From assembly GCF_009914755.1 (NCBI RefSeq), contig NC_060925.1: a stretch of DNA of 64,000 nt; one strand, given 5' to 3'. The notes under the pieces were generated by a model. That model did not search any database. It was not told where the DNA came from and saw nothing but the letters and a program-made list of their open reading frames with translations. The position numbers and the translations under genes are program-made. This document shows positions 23,940 to 37,696 of this stretch, in pieces. This stretch comes from the human T2T-CHM13v2.0 reference genome, Homo sapiens. How positions within the stretch are numbered: the first letter of the stretch is position 1; every line of letters begins with the position of its first letter.

Positions 23940-25125
23940 CACTTCTCGGGGGAGCTGGGGGTTGCCTTCCCACGTCTGCGCGTCTGCACCCCATGCCCGG
24001 GCCTGGAAGTCAGACTCGGGGGCGGTGCTGCAGCACCAGGCCTGCAGTCCTAAGCGCGGGGTCGCTCCGGGCCCCCGAGGGGGTGTGTCTTCTGCCCCTT
24101 TAACCTGGCAGGGGCGGTTCAAGTGGCCCTGGAAATCAGCGATTTGTAGGGTCAAGGGCTGGTGCTTTAAAAGAGAGGCGGAGGGGAGAGAGGGATTTCC
24201 CGGTCTCTGCTGCACTCTGTCTATCCGCTCGGTTACTCCTTTTCCTGGCCCGCGCGAACCCGCTGTGCTGCAGAGGCGGCCATGTACCTTTAAGGCCCCG
24301 CTGCGCCTGCGCCTTGGGCTCTCCTGACGCGCCGAGCGGGACCCTGAGGAGCCAGCTGGCTCAGGCTATGGGCTGGGCGGCGGTTGAGACAGCGGCGGTA
24401 TTGGGAGGGGTAGGTGAGGGTCGCGAGGCTGCGTGAGCATCTGAGTGAACGCGGTGCTTTTGGGAACGCGGGACGGGCGACCTGTGGCGCCAGGAGCGGG
24501 CCGAGGCGCGGCGCACGGATGCCATCTGGATGGGAAGTTACGGTTTACAGCGAAGTCCACCCAGCGTTTCCGAGGTGAAGGCGCCGCGCCAGGCCGGGGG
24601 GCGGTGAGTCCGGGACCCGCGGGTACACAGCTGGGTCGAGCTGCGGCTGTCGCAAGTTTTGTTGCGAGCGACGGAGGGCGAGGCGGGGTGGGGGGTTGGG
24701 AGGGCGTGTGTTCCGGCCCCGCCGGGGCTTAAGTTCCATGCGTTCGATTCCTCGCTTGCCGCTGCCGCCCGCAGCCCTCATCTCTTGGGCGCTGGGGAAG
24801 AAACTCGCTGGCGGGTGTTCTGTGGCATCCCAGGGGGTGGAGGGACGAGCAGCTTCGGGGGCACGTCCTCGTGTATCCTGTGGAGGACCCTGACCCCGCA
24901 CCCCACCCTCGAGGCCAGAAATCAGTTGCCTCTGGGGACCTGAGAGGCGAGACCACTCGCGCCCCTGACTTGCAAAGTTGGGGTCTTTATTGGCCTCCGG
25001 GATTCTGCTCCTGGCGGTTTCTCCAGGCTGGTGATGGGCAACACATGAGGCGCGTTTGTAGCCATCACTGAATCACCTCATGACTAGCGGGGCAGGCCTC
25101 TAATTCACCGCAGGATTTCCGGTAG
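23940..25125 (+). promoter_or_regulatory. CpG-island promoter and first exon(s) of the NBPF gene (probably the EVI5-derived NBPF promoter type)
   Basis: The largest non-Alu CpG-dense stretch in the window; NRF1-like TGCGCCTGCGC at 24302-24312; GC boxes; donors GCG|GTGAGT (GT at 24604) and CCG|GTAGGT (GT at 25122). The EVI5 origin is from family knowledge, not from an alignment. Confidence 0.8.
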
Positions 25126-25620
25126 GTTGGATTGTGGGGTTGGTGTTTGCACTCCAAAGAGTTGGCGTGATTTCCCTGTATCTGTCTTTCTGGCTTGTTA
25201 GATCTTCTCATTTGGCGTCCTTTCTCCGAAGAGTTAACCAAGACGTTTGGCGTGGTTTTCTTGCTTTCCTCCTATCTTTTGCTGCTAGAGCTGCTTTCAA
25301 AAAGAAGTCTTTTCTTGCAGTGATACCTTTTCTTTGGGTTACAGTGTTGTTCATCCTTTCTTTGCCGAAAGAATGAATCCCAGTGCTTCACGAAGTTAAA
25401 GGAAAGATCTGCTGGTAGTGTTTAGTCTTTGTTCTGAGCTGATATGTGTTAGTAGCTTTTTGTTTTTAAATTTTATTAGTAAAATTTCACCAGTGAACCA
25501 GAAGCTCTTTTTTTCTGTTGTGAAATGCTAGCTTTAAGATTTCTGAGAACTTTGTGTCAAAGAAATCTTTGAAAAGTTACTGAAGTATACAGAGAGGTTC
25601 ACAATTTTAAATGTGCAGGT

Positions 25621-28977
<3,357 letters not shown>

Positions 28978-29034
28978 GAGGACTGTTGATTACATATGAC
29001 AGGAACCCAAACAATTCTAGTTCCCCACCACCTT

Positions 29035-29172
29035 TCAACCTGCTCCTCCCTGGGTCTTCCCAGTCTCCGTAAACGGCAGCTCCATCCTTCAAGTTGCCGA
29101 AGCCCCAAATCTCAATATTAACCATGATTTCTCTCTTTTATCTCATAGGCAATCTGAAAGCAAATCCTGTTT
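29035..29172 (+). mobile_element. L2 fragment supplying the leader-exon acceptor
   Basis: AACCTGCTCCTCC...GTAAACGGCAGCTCCATCCTT...AGCAAATCCTGTT resembles L2 consensus. Confidence 0.55.
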
Positions 29173-29417
29173 AGATGCAGGCGAAGGTTCCTGGTGACCC
29201 AGGCTCTCACCTTACCGTCCCTTACCGTCCTCCTGAGGGTGTCCTGGAGCTTCAGTGCTGTGTGTTCTTGGCCTCCACGCTGGGGGTGCCACCAACTCCC
29301 ACTGTCCAGGGCTTCCAGTGGACTCTCCGAGGTACTGATGTAGAAACTTCCCCATTCGGTGCACCAAGAGCAACCTCACACGGTGTGGGCCGAATGAAGA
29401 GCTGCCAGATCCCACAG
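29149..29417 (+). other. Candidate NBPF 5'-leader exon (contains ATG at 29175)
   Basis: Pyrimidine tract plus tctcatAG at 29148; donor CAG|GTAAAA at 29418. Confidence 0.65.
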
Positions 29418-30644
29418 GTAAAAACCCTGAGGCATTGCCAGCTCGATGGAGTCAGAGAGTCCTTTTTCTATTATGACTCAGATGTGAAGGGAAGATGCCA
29501 AGGGCCCTAAACATCGCAGGGCCTTGCCTGGCATGAAACAGATACTGAATTAATATTTGTTAAGTGAATGAACAAATATTCACAGCGTGTGCCACCCTCG
29601 ACCTGCAGTGCTGTTGTCAGGTGGAAGTGATTTTACTTCAGGAGAGGACAGTGTTCTCTCCAGGACTTTTCCTTAGTAGCTAGATCTACATCCCACTCCT
29701 TGCTCTTCCCCTCTTACCCCCCATTCTCTGCCCCCATTTCCGTCTCTTGTTTCCACCCTGCCGTCCCCTTTCACCTGCTTTCTTCTCTTCAGCTTTCATG
29801 GCTCACCCCCTCCCTGTCCACCCGCATCCCCCAGGCTAAGGCCCTGCACTGTCCTGGGTGGGGAGATGTGTGTGGTTTTAGGCAGTGCCCTCTAGATGTG
29901 TCCAGGATGGGGAAACATGGCTCAGTTGCCAGTATAATGGGTTAAAAGAGAGGCCACTTTTGAAGGCCGTTCCCATCTCCCATTCCAGAATCCTGTAGGA
30001 CTTAGAATTTATGGGCCACAGTGGAATTCTTGGTTCCCCAGGACCTTGTGGTGGATGTCTTCTTTCACTGAGCATTCATGGGGTGACTATTAGGCACCAT
30101 GCCCTGCTCTGGGCTAGAGACCCCATAACGAGTAAATCTCAGGTCACTACCCCATGGAACCCACCACTGCAGGCATTGAGAGGGGGAGAAAGAAAGGGGC
30201 ATGGCCTGTTTGTATCCTTCTCACGTGGCCGTCCACCAGGTCCTGGGGGAGTGGGAGCCAGTGCAAGGAGGGAAGTCCAGTGAGAATGACAAATGGACGA
30301 TGTCAGACCCAGGGGCTGAGGTCCCCACCTGCAGCTGGGCAGCTTCTGGAGTGGACAAGGAGCAGCAGGGAAGGTTGCGGCCTGGTGTTCTGGGATCCAC
30401 TGTCTCATCTCATTCTTTTGGGCACCAGAACTTATCCAAAGACAAGACTCAGTGTCTCTGGCAACAGTGGGCCAGAGGAATAATGTGTTTCAGAGAAGGA
30501 AGAAGGGGTTGTACCCCATGGAAACAGTATATAGTTTTACAGTAGTGCGTCTGTCTCCAATAACTAGTTAGCGTGTTCCTGTTAATGGAAAATACTGGTG
30601 GTGTAAGTTCCCCTGGATGTTCTCATCTTCATGTAAGTTTGTTC

Positions 30645-30925
30645 ATTTCCTTCCTTCCTTCCTTCCCTACTTCTCTCCCCTCCCTACTTCTCTCCCACTC
30701 TTTTTCTCTCTCTCTTTATTCTTTCCCTCCCTCCTTCCCTTCTGCCTTCCCTCCCTTCCTTTCTTCCTCCCTTCCTCCCTCTCTCCCTGCCTTCCTCCCT
30801 CCCTCCCTTCCTTCCTTCCTTCCTCCCTTCCTCCTTCCTTCCCTCCCTCCATTCTTTCCTTTCTTCCTTTCTTCTTTTCTTTTTCTTTGTCTCTCATGCT
30901 CTCTCTTTTTCTTTCCTTTTTGTTC
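30645..30925. repeat. CT-rich low-complexity / (CCTT)n tract
   Basis: ~280 nt of almost pure pyrimidine on the + strand. Confidence 0.95.
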
Positions 30926-31379
30926 TACTTTTTTAAATAGACCACACTGCACTGAAATCTACATTACTTACCAAAACCTCTGGAGCTGCTTCTGTCTTGT
31001 AGGCAGGGAGCTCGTCCTGTAGCCCTTAGGTCCTCCCAGCCTCCTCCTCCTCTGATTTGTGGGTGCCACTGGGGCAGCTGCTGAGTCTCAGTGGTTCCTA
31101 GTCATCACCAAGTTCTGCCCACCTAGATGGTTTGCACCTGTCCTTACCAGAACCCTGCACTGTCTAGATGACTGAGGCTGCTTCTGCCTAACTGATCTGC
31201 TATCTGTGTTCTGGGGGCACCCCAGGGTTAGAGGTAAATGGCACAGGCATTGAAATCTCCAACTGCTCTGACTCCAGGTTGGTGCACTTCAATGCCAAGT
31301 ACTAACCACACAATAACAGGATGCCACCAAAACCTTGGTATGGGGCTGCTGCATCCTAATTAAAAAAAAGTAATAGATG

Positions 31380-32850
31380 TTATTTTTTAGAAAAGTTCTA
31401 GGTTTACAGAAAAATGGAGTGGATAGTACAGAGAGTTCTCCTAGGCTCCCCTGTCCTCCAGCACACAGTTTCCCCTATTAGTATGTTGTATTAGTGTGGT
31501 CCATTCATTACAATTGATGAACCACTATTGATACATCATTATCAACTAAAGTCCATAGTTTACACTAGAGTTCATTCTTTGAGTTTCACAGATTATGGGT
31601 TTTGGCAATTATGTAATGTCCTAAATCCCCAATACAGCATCATGCAAAATAGTTTCACTGCTGAAAATTCCCTGTACTTCACCATTTCGTGCCTCCTCCT
31701 CTCCTCCACCCCTGACAACCACTCATCATTTTACTACTTCTATCTTTTTGACTTTCCAAGAATGTCCTAGAGTTGGAATTACAGTATGTAGGTTTCCAGA
31801 CTGGCTTCTTTCTAGCATTGTGTACTTTTAAGTTCCTCCACGTCTTTTCATGACTTGACAGCTTGTTTTGTAAAATCACTGAATCAGATTTCATTGTATG
31901 GCTACAACACAGTTTGTTTATTCATTCACTTGGTGAAAGATGTCTTGGGTACTTCCAAGTTTTGACAATTATGATAAAATTGCTGCAAGTACTTATGTGC
32001 AGGATTTTGAATGAACTTAAGTTTTCCAAAGTGACTGTACACTTTTGATTTCCACTAGCTATGGAGAGTTCTGGTTGTTCCTCATCTTCGACAGCATTTG
32101 GTGTGTTCACCGTTTTGTGTTTTAGCCATTCTGATAGGTTTACAGTGATATCTCGTTTTAATGTGCAATTCCCTCACAACAAATGATTTTGAGCATCTTT
32201 CTCATATGCTTATTTGCCATCTGTATATCTTATTAATGAGGTGTTCAGATCTTTCACCTTTTTTTTTTTTTTTTTGCTTTGTGTTGTTTAGTTCTCAGAA
32301 TTCTTCATATATTTTGGACAGCAGTTTTTCCATCAGATTATTTTGTAAATATTTTCTCCCAGTCTGTGACTTGCTTTTTCCATTCTCTTAACAGTGTCTT
32401 TCACACAACAGAAGTTTTTAATTTTAATGAGGCTCAACTTAATTTTTTTTCATTAGTAGATTGTGCTTTTGGTTTTGTATCTAAGAAGCCATCATTGAAC
32501 CCAGGATCCCTCAGATTTTCTCCTATTTTATCTCTTAGGATTCTTATGGTTTTGCACCTTACATTTACGTGTAAGATTTATTTTATAAAGGGTATATAAC
32601 ATGCATACCTGGATTTATTTATTTTTTTGCATGTGGTTGTCCAGCTGTTCTAGCACCACTAGTTGGAAAGGCTATCTTTGCTGCTTTAAATTGTCTCTAA
32701 ACCTCCATGGAAGATCAGTGGACTGTATGTAGGCCTGCTTCTGGGCTCCGTATTCTTTTCTATGCATCTATATGTGTGTGTTTTCTCTTTTCACCAACTT
32801 CACACTATTTGGGTTACTGTAGCTTAATGTAAGTCCTGAAGTTGGTAGTG
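31380..32850 (-). mobile_element. Old L1M (MB/MC-type) 3' portion
   Basis: T-rich antisense L1 motifs (TTTTAGCCATTCTGATAGGT, CATCTTTCTCATATGCTTATTTGCCATCTGTATATC). Confidence 0.75.
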
Positions 32851-33752
32851 CCAAACCTCAGGGAGTTTTTCTGAACTTCATCATGAGAACCTGGTTGAGA
32901 TCATTGTAGTAACACTTGGAAATGTGTGAGATTCCCCCTTAGTCTGGTCTTCAAGGAGTTTTTAATGTTCTAGCCAGGCTACCCTCAGCTTCTAGTAATC
33001 TGTCAATACCATTTAAGTGCTCCTCCCACTTGCTGTCCCCAGTAGCTTCTCTTCCCTGTGAGCTGTGACTCCTTGTGTGTTAGCCTGTGTTTCTCATTTT
33101 TAAGGTGGCAGTTTTCCCTGTGACCTCAATTCTCTGATCCACCCTAGAAGGGTTGACTTTCAGTTTGTTCAGCTTTTTTCTAGCTGTGAGGACAAGTGAT
33201 GACTGCCTAGCTCTTTCCATGTTGAAATAGAAACCCAAAAGTTTGTTTAAAGAATTACTTGTTATAAAAGTCCCCCATTGTTAATGTACAACCCAATGAT
33301 GTAAGTTGATTTATCGAATTGTGCAGCCATCAGCAGAGTTCTACTTCAGCATATTTTGTCACTTCCCAAATTCCCTTGAACCTGTTTGTAGTCATTTCCT
33401 AATCCCTGGTCCCCATGACTGGGTCTGAATAAAATAAACATTTGGAAAGCAGATTTCATTATATTTACATTTTCCTGTGTTTGGGACTTTATATAGTGGA
33501 CTATTGTGTTCGTTTTGTGACAAGTAGAGAAGAGATTGCATTCTAGGGATGGTTTTTGGGGAAACATAATAGTAGTCCTGTTTATGGCTCTCCTTGAATT
33601 GGTTCATCTGTGCTGGTGACTGGTATTTGTTACCAAACCTTGTCTGGTGAGCACAAGAAAAGGAATTTTTTAAAATCTGCTATTAAAATTGAGATGATAC
33701 ATTTTCACATAATAATATTTGGAGTTAAGTAGTGAACCGTCTTTATTTTATC

Positions 33753-34043
33753 TTTTTTTTTGGAGATGGAGTTATTTCTCTTTTCCTTGGGCTCAAATGC
33801 AACGGCGCCATCTCAGCTCACTGCAACCTCCACCTCCTGAGTTCAAGTGATTCTCCTGCCTCAGCATCCTGAATAGCTGGGATTACAGGCGCCTGCCACC
33901 ACACCTGGCTAATGTTTGTATTTTTGGTAGAGACAGGGTTTCTTCATGTTGGCCAGGTTGGTCTCTAACTCTTGACCTCAAGTGATCCACCTGCCTTGGC
34001 CTCTCAAAGTGCTAGGATTACAGACACGAGCCACGGCCTGACC
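33753..34043 (-). mobile_element. AluS abutting the LTR5
   Basis: Alu consensus; degenerate TSD TGAACC(G/A)T(C/T)TTTATT at 33733 and 35023. Confidence 0.88.
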
Positions 34044-34048
34044 TGAAC

Positions 34049-35021
34049 TGTGGGGAAAAGAAAGAGAGATCAGATTGTTACTGTGTCTGTGTAGGAAGAA
34101 GTAGACATAAGAGACTCCATTTTGTTCTGTACTAAGAAAAATTCTTTTGCCTTGAGACGCTGTTAATCTGTAACCCTACCCCCAACCCTGTGCTCCCTAA
34201 GACATGGGCTGTGTCAACTCAGGGTTAAATGGATTAAGGGCTGTTCAGGGTGTGCTTTGTTAAACAAATGCTTGAAGGCAGCATGCTTGTTAAGAGTCAT
34301 CACCACTCCCTAATCTCAAGTACCCAGAGGCACACTACACTGCGGAAGACTGCAGGGTCCTCTGCCTAGGAAAGCCAGGTATTGTCCAAGGTTTCTCCCC
34401 ATGTGATAGTCTGAAATACAGCCTCGTGGGAAGGGAAAGACCTGACTGTCCCCCAGCCAGACACCCGTAAAGGGTCTGTGCTGAGGAGGATTAGTAAAAG
34501 AGGAAGGAAGGCCTCTTTGCAGTTGAGATAAGAGGAAGGCATCTGTCTCCTCCTCGTCCCTGGGCAATGGAATGTCTCGGTGTAAAGCCCGATTGTATAT
34601 TCCATTTACTGAGATAGGAGAAAACCGCCTTAGGACTGGAGGTGGGACATGCTGGCAGCAATACTGCTCTTTAAGGCATTGAGATGTTTCTGTATATGCA
34701 CATCAAAAGCACAGCACTTTTTTCTTTACCTTGTTTATGATGCAGAGACATTTGTTAACGTGTTTACCTGCTGATCTTGTCTCCACTATTATCCTATTGT
34801 CCTGCCACATCCCCCTCTCTGGAAATGCCCGATAATGATCAATAAATACTAAGGGAACTCAGAGGCCAGTGCCAGCATGGGTCCTCCGTATGCTGAACGC
34901 CGGTCCCCTGGGCCCATTTTTCTTTCTCTGTACTTTGTCTCTGTGTCTCTTTCTTTTCCAAGTCTCTCCTTCCACCTAATGAGAAACGCCCACAGGTGTG
35001 GAGGGGCAACCCATCCCTTCA
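34049..35021 (+). mobile_element. Solo HERV-K(HML-2) LTR5 (973 bp)
   Basis: TGTGGGGAAAAGAAAGAGAGATCAG...CCCTTCA; internal AATAAA ~34841; perfect 6-bp TSD CTGAAC (34043-34048, 35022-35027). Confidence 0.95.
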
Positions 35022-35112
35022 CTGAACCATTTTTATTCTTCCAGAAATGTGATTGATAACAGTAAAGCCACACTCCTCAAGTGCCTGAAATACCCCTCAT
35101 TGTCTTCTTCAG

Positions 35113-35143
35113 GTGGCAAGGGCTCTGGAACAGCCACATAAAG
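35113..35143 (+). other. Candidate 31-nt leader micro-exon
   Basis: tgtcttcttcAG|...AAAG|GTGAGG; a same-length AG/GT-bounded counterpart lies at 1089-1119. Confidence 0.45.
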
Positions 35144-35258
35144 GTGAGGGCAATATTTTTACTGTAGTTCTTTCATTGATTGGTTGATTGATTTTTTTCT
35201 CTTAGAGGGTTAGCATACATTTATCTGAAATTGAAATTCAAGAGGAGAGACAGGCACC

Positions 35259-36300
35259 TGTACTAGTTTTCTCTTGCTGCCTATTATCACATTACCACAA
35301 ACCAGTGGTTTGAAACCACAGAAGTCTGGAATGAAGTGGCCGGGTTCTCTGATCAGAGTCATGTGAGGCTAAAATCCGGGAATGGGCTGGCTGTGTTTTT
35401 TTCCTAGAGCTCAAGCTATTTTTCCAGGTTCACTACAGATAATGAAAGAGTTCCTATTCTTGTTTGTGGGGGACTGAGGGCCCTTTTTCTGTGCTGGCTG
35501 TCAGCGGGGAGACAGTCTACTCTGACTCCAGAGGCCACGTGCTTTCCTCCTTACCTGTCTGTTTCATCTTTCAACCAATAACAACTCATGGAGTCCTTCT
35601 CAAGCTCCCACCTTCTCTGACTTCATCTTCTCCAACCAGCCACACAAAGCTCTGTCATGTATGGAGTGATGTGATTAGATCGAGTTCATGCGGTAACCTC
35701 ACCATCTTAAAGTCATATAACTGGCATATAACAACATAGTCACAGGAATGGTGTCTCATCACCTTAAGAGGCTTTAGAGACAAGGGTGTGGCATGTTTGG
35801 GGACCATTTCAGAAATTCCATCTACCACAGTAGGACACTCACATTCCCCCATCTGCAAAGTGCATTTACCCTCTCCCCTGAGGTTTCCAGATTTCATGTC
35901 ATTAAAGCATTAGTTCAACATGAAAAATGTCATGTAGACCACATCAGATCAAAAGTTTAAAATCCCATCTAAAACATCCACACCAGGTGTGAATGAGGCT
36001 TCCGAGAGTGTCCATTAAGTGCAGATCCTTGACATAATTCCCTTACCTCTGTCGACCTGTGAAACTGAACAAACAGCTTATCTGCCTCTAATGTGAAATG
36101 ATGGGACAGACATAGAATAACAACTACAGTGATTCTAGTTCAAAATGAGGGAACATGGAGGGGATAAAGAAGTCACTAACCCAAAATAGTTTGGAAATGG
36201 AGCTGGGCAAAATCCAGCAGGAGTTTCTTAGTTAGGATCCACAGCCTGGGACTGACCCTCTGTCCTGTGGGTCTTTGCCTCTGGGCTCTCTGCTCTGCAT
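35259..36300 (-). mobile_element. MaLR MLT1 LTR plus internal fragment (paralog of 1232-2350)
   Basis: Same motifs, colinear with the first copy. Confidence 0.65.
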
Positions 36301-37003
36301 TTCTTGAAACCATTATTATTTATCATTTTTCTCACACTGTTTTGTGTATGGCTCCTATTGCACTCAAAATGTTTTTGAGATTCATCCATGTTGTTTTGTG
36401 TGTCAAAAGTTTGTTCCTTTAGCCATTCCATGGAATGAATGTATCACAGTTTATTGATCCATTCTTGTATTGATAGATATTTGAATGTTTCCAGTTTTTC
36501 CTATTATGAATAAAACTGCTATGAACATTCTTGTATAAATCATTTTCTGGACATATGTTTTAATTTCTCTTGGATAAATGCTTAGGAATTAGTGAGTCAT
36601 AGAATAGATAGTTGTTTAGTTCTGTAAGAATATGCCAGACATTTTTTCCCAAAGTGTTTATACTATTGTACATTCCAACCATTAATGTATGAAGGTGAGA
36701 AAGCTTTTGCTACTTCCAAAGAGGCCTCTCTATATACATGTAATTTTTTCTAACTGGAGACAGGCTGATGACTTCAGGGACATGAGCATGGGATACCTGT
36801 CATCACCACCACCATAAAGTTGGGATTCAGGAAGGAGGTTAATCATATAAAGAATCCTGTGACCAGTATGAGCTTCTCTCAGGCCACACAGGGCACTCAA
36901 GTGAACAGGGCATGGGGGCCCTGGGGTCATGGTAAGAAAGTGTCTCATTGGTAAAACCTTTTCCTCTGGGGAGGTAAATAAATGATTTGTTTCTTCTTGG
37001 TAG

Positions 37004-37145
37004 CCCTTGAAGATAAGGATGGTCAAACAAAATAATATCATACCTGGAGAAACTCAGATCTTGCTAAGATTTACTGGTTGGGAATCCAAAGTTAATGCCA
37101 AGAAGCAGCCGCCAGTTGGGATCAAATGTGAGCCTATGGATCAAG
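37004..37145 (+). other. Candidate NBPF 5'-leader exon (142 nt)
   Basis: tttcttcttggtAG|CCCTTG; donor AAG|GTGCGT. Confidence 0.7.
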
Positions 37146-37472
37146 GTGCGTACTCAAACACAGAGAGCTTTCTGAAAGATGCTACCAGTAGTTTTTCCAG
37201 GGCAGAGATGGGTCCTTTATTTTTCTCTCTAATCTAGCCCATATGCTTAGCTGAGTTTTCTTTGTATCACTTTAAATGATGATGTCCCTTGTTCAACAAT
37301 TTTCTAAACATTCTTTAGATAATAATTTTATGGGCATTCTTTATTGCATTAGGCTTAAATTTTTTAATGCATCTTAAGGTTTTATTGCAAAATATTGCCT
37401 TGTTTCCTTTTTAAGATGATACGGTTTATAATATGCAAATTTGTTGTCTGTCCCCTCCCTTTATGTACATAG

Positions 37473-37696
37473 AAAATGAGCAAACAGGTGGCCATGAAAC
37501 AGATGGTCATAGAATTGGTTCAGTGGTTGTGAGTGCAGCAACCCAAGAGTGTCTTATCTGAAATACCACCAGGAATGTCTGGACACAGTAGACAAAGGTT
37601 TTTCAACTGGACGCCTTAGGATACATGCTTGCAAAAACAAAGTAGCCAAAAAGAAACCAGAGTCACAGAATATCAGAGCCAGAGGAACATTTGGAG
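37473..37696 (+). other. Candidate NBPF 5'-leader exon
   Basis: ccctccctttatgtacatAG|AAAATG; donor GAG|GTAATT. Confidence 0.65.

Noticed and set aside
23913-25071. Cluster of overlapping 64-121 aa ORFs
   Set aside because: The GC-rich CpG island is depleted of stop codons; no coding signature.
30573-31022. S/P/F/L-rich and E/G/R/K-rich ORFs
   Set aside because: Artefacts of the CT-rich low-complexity tract.
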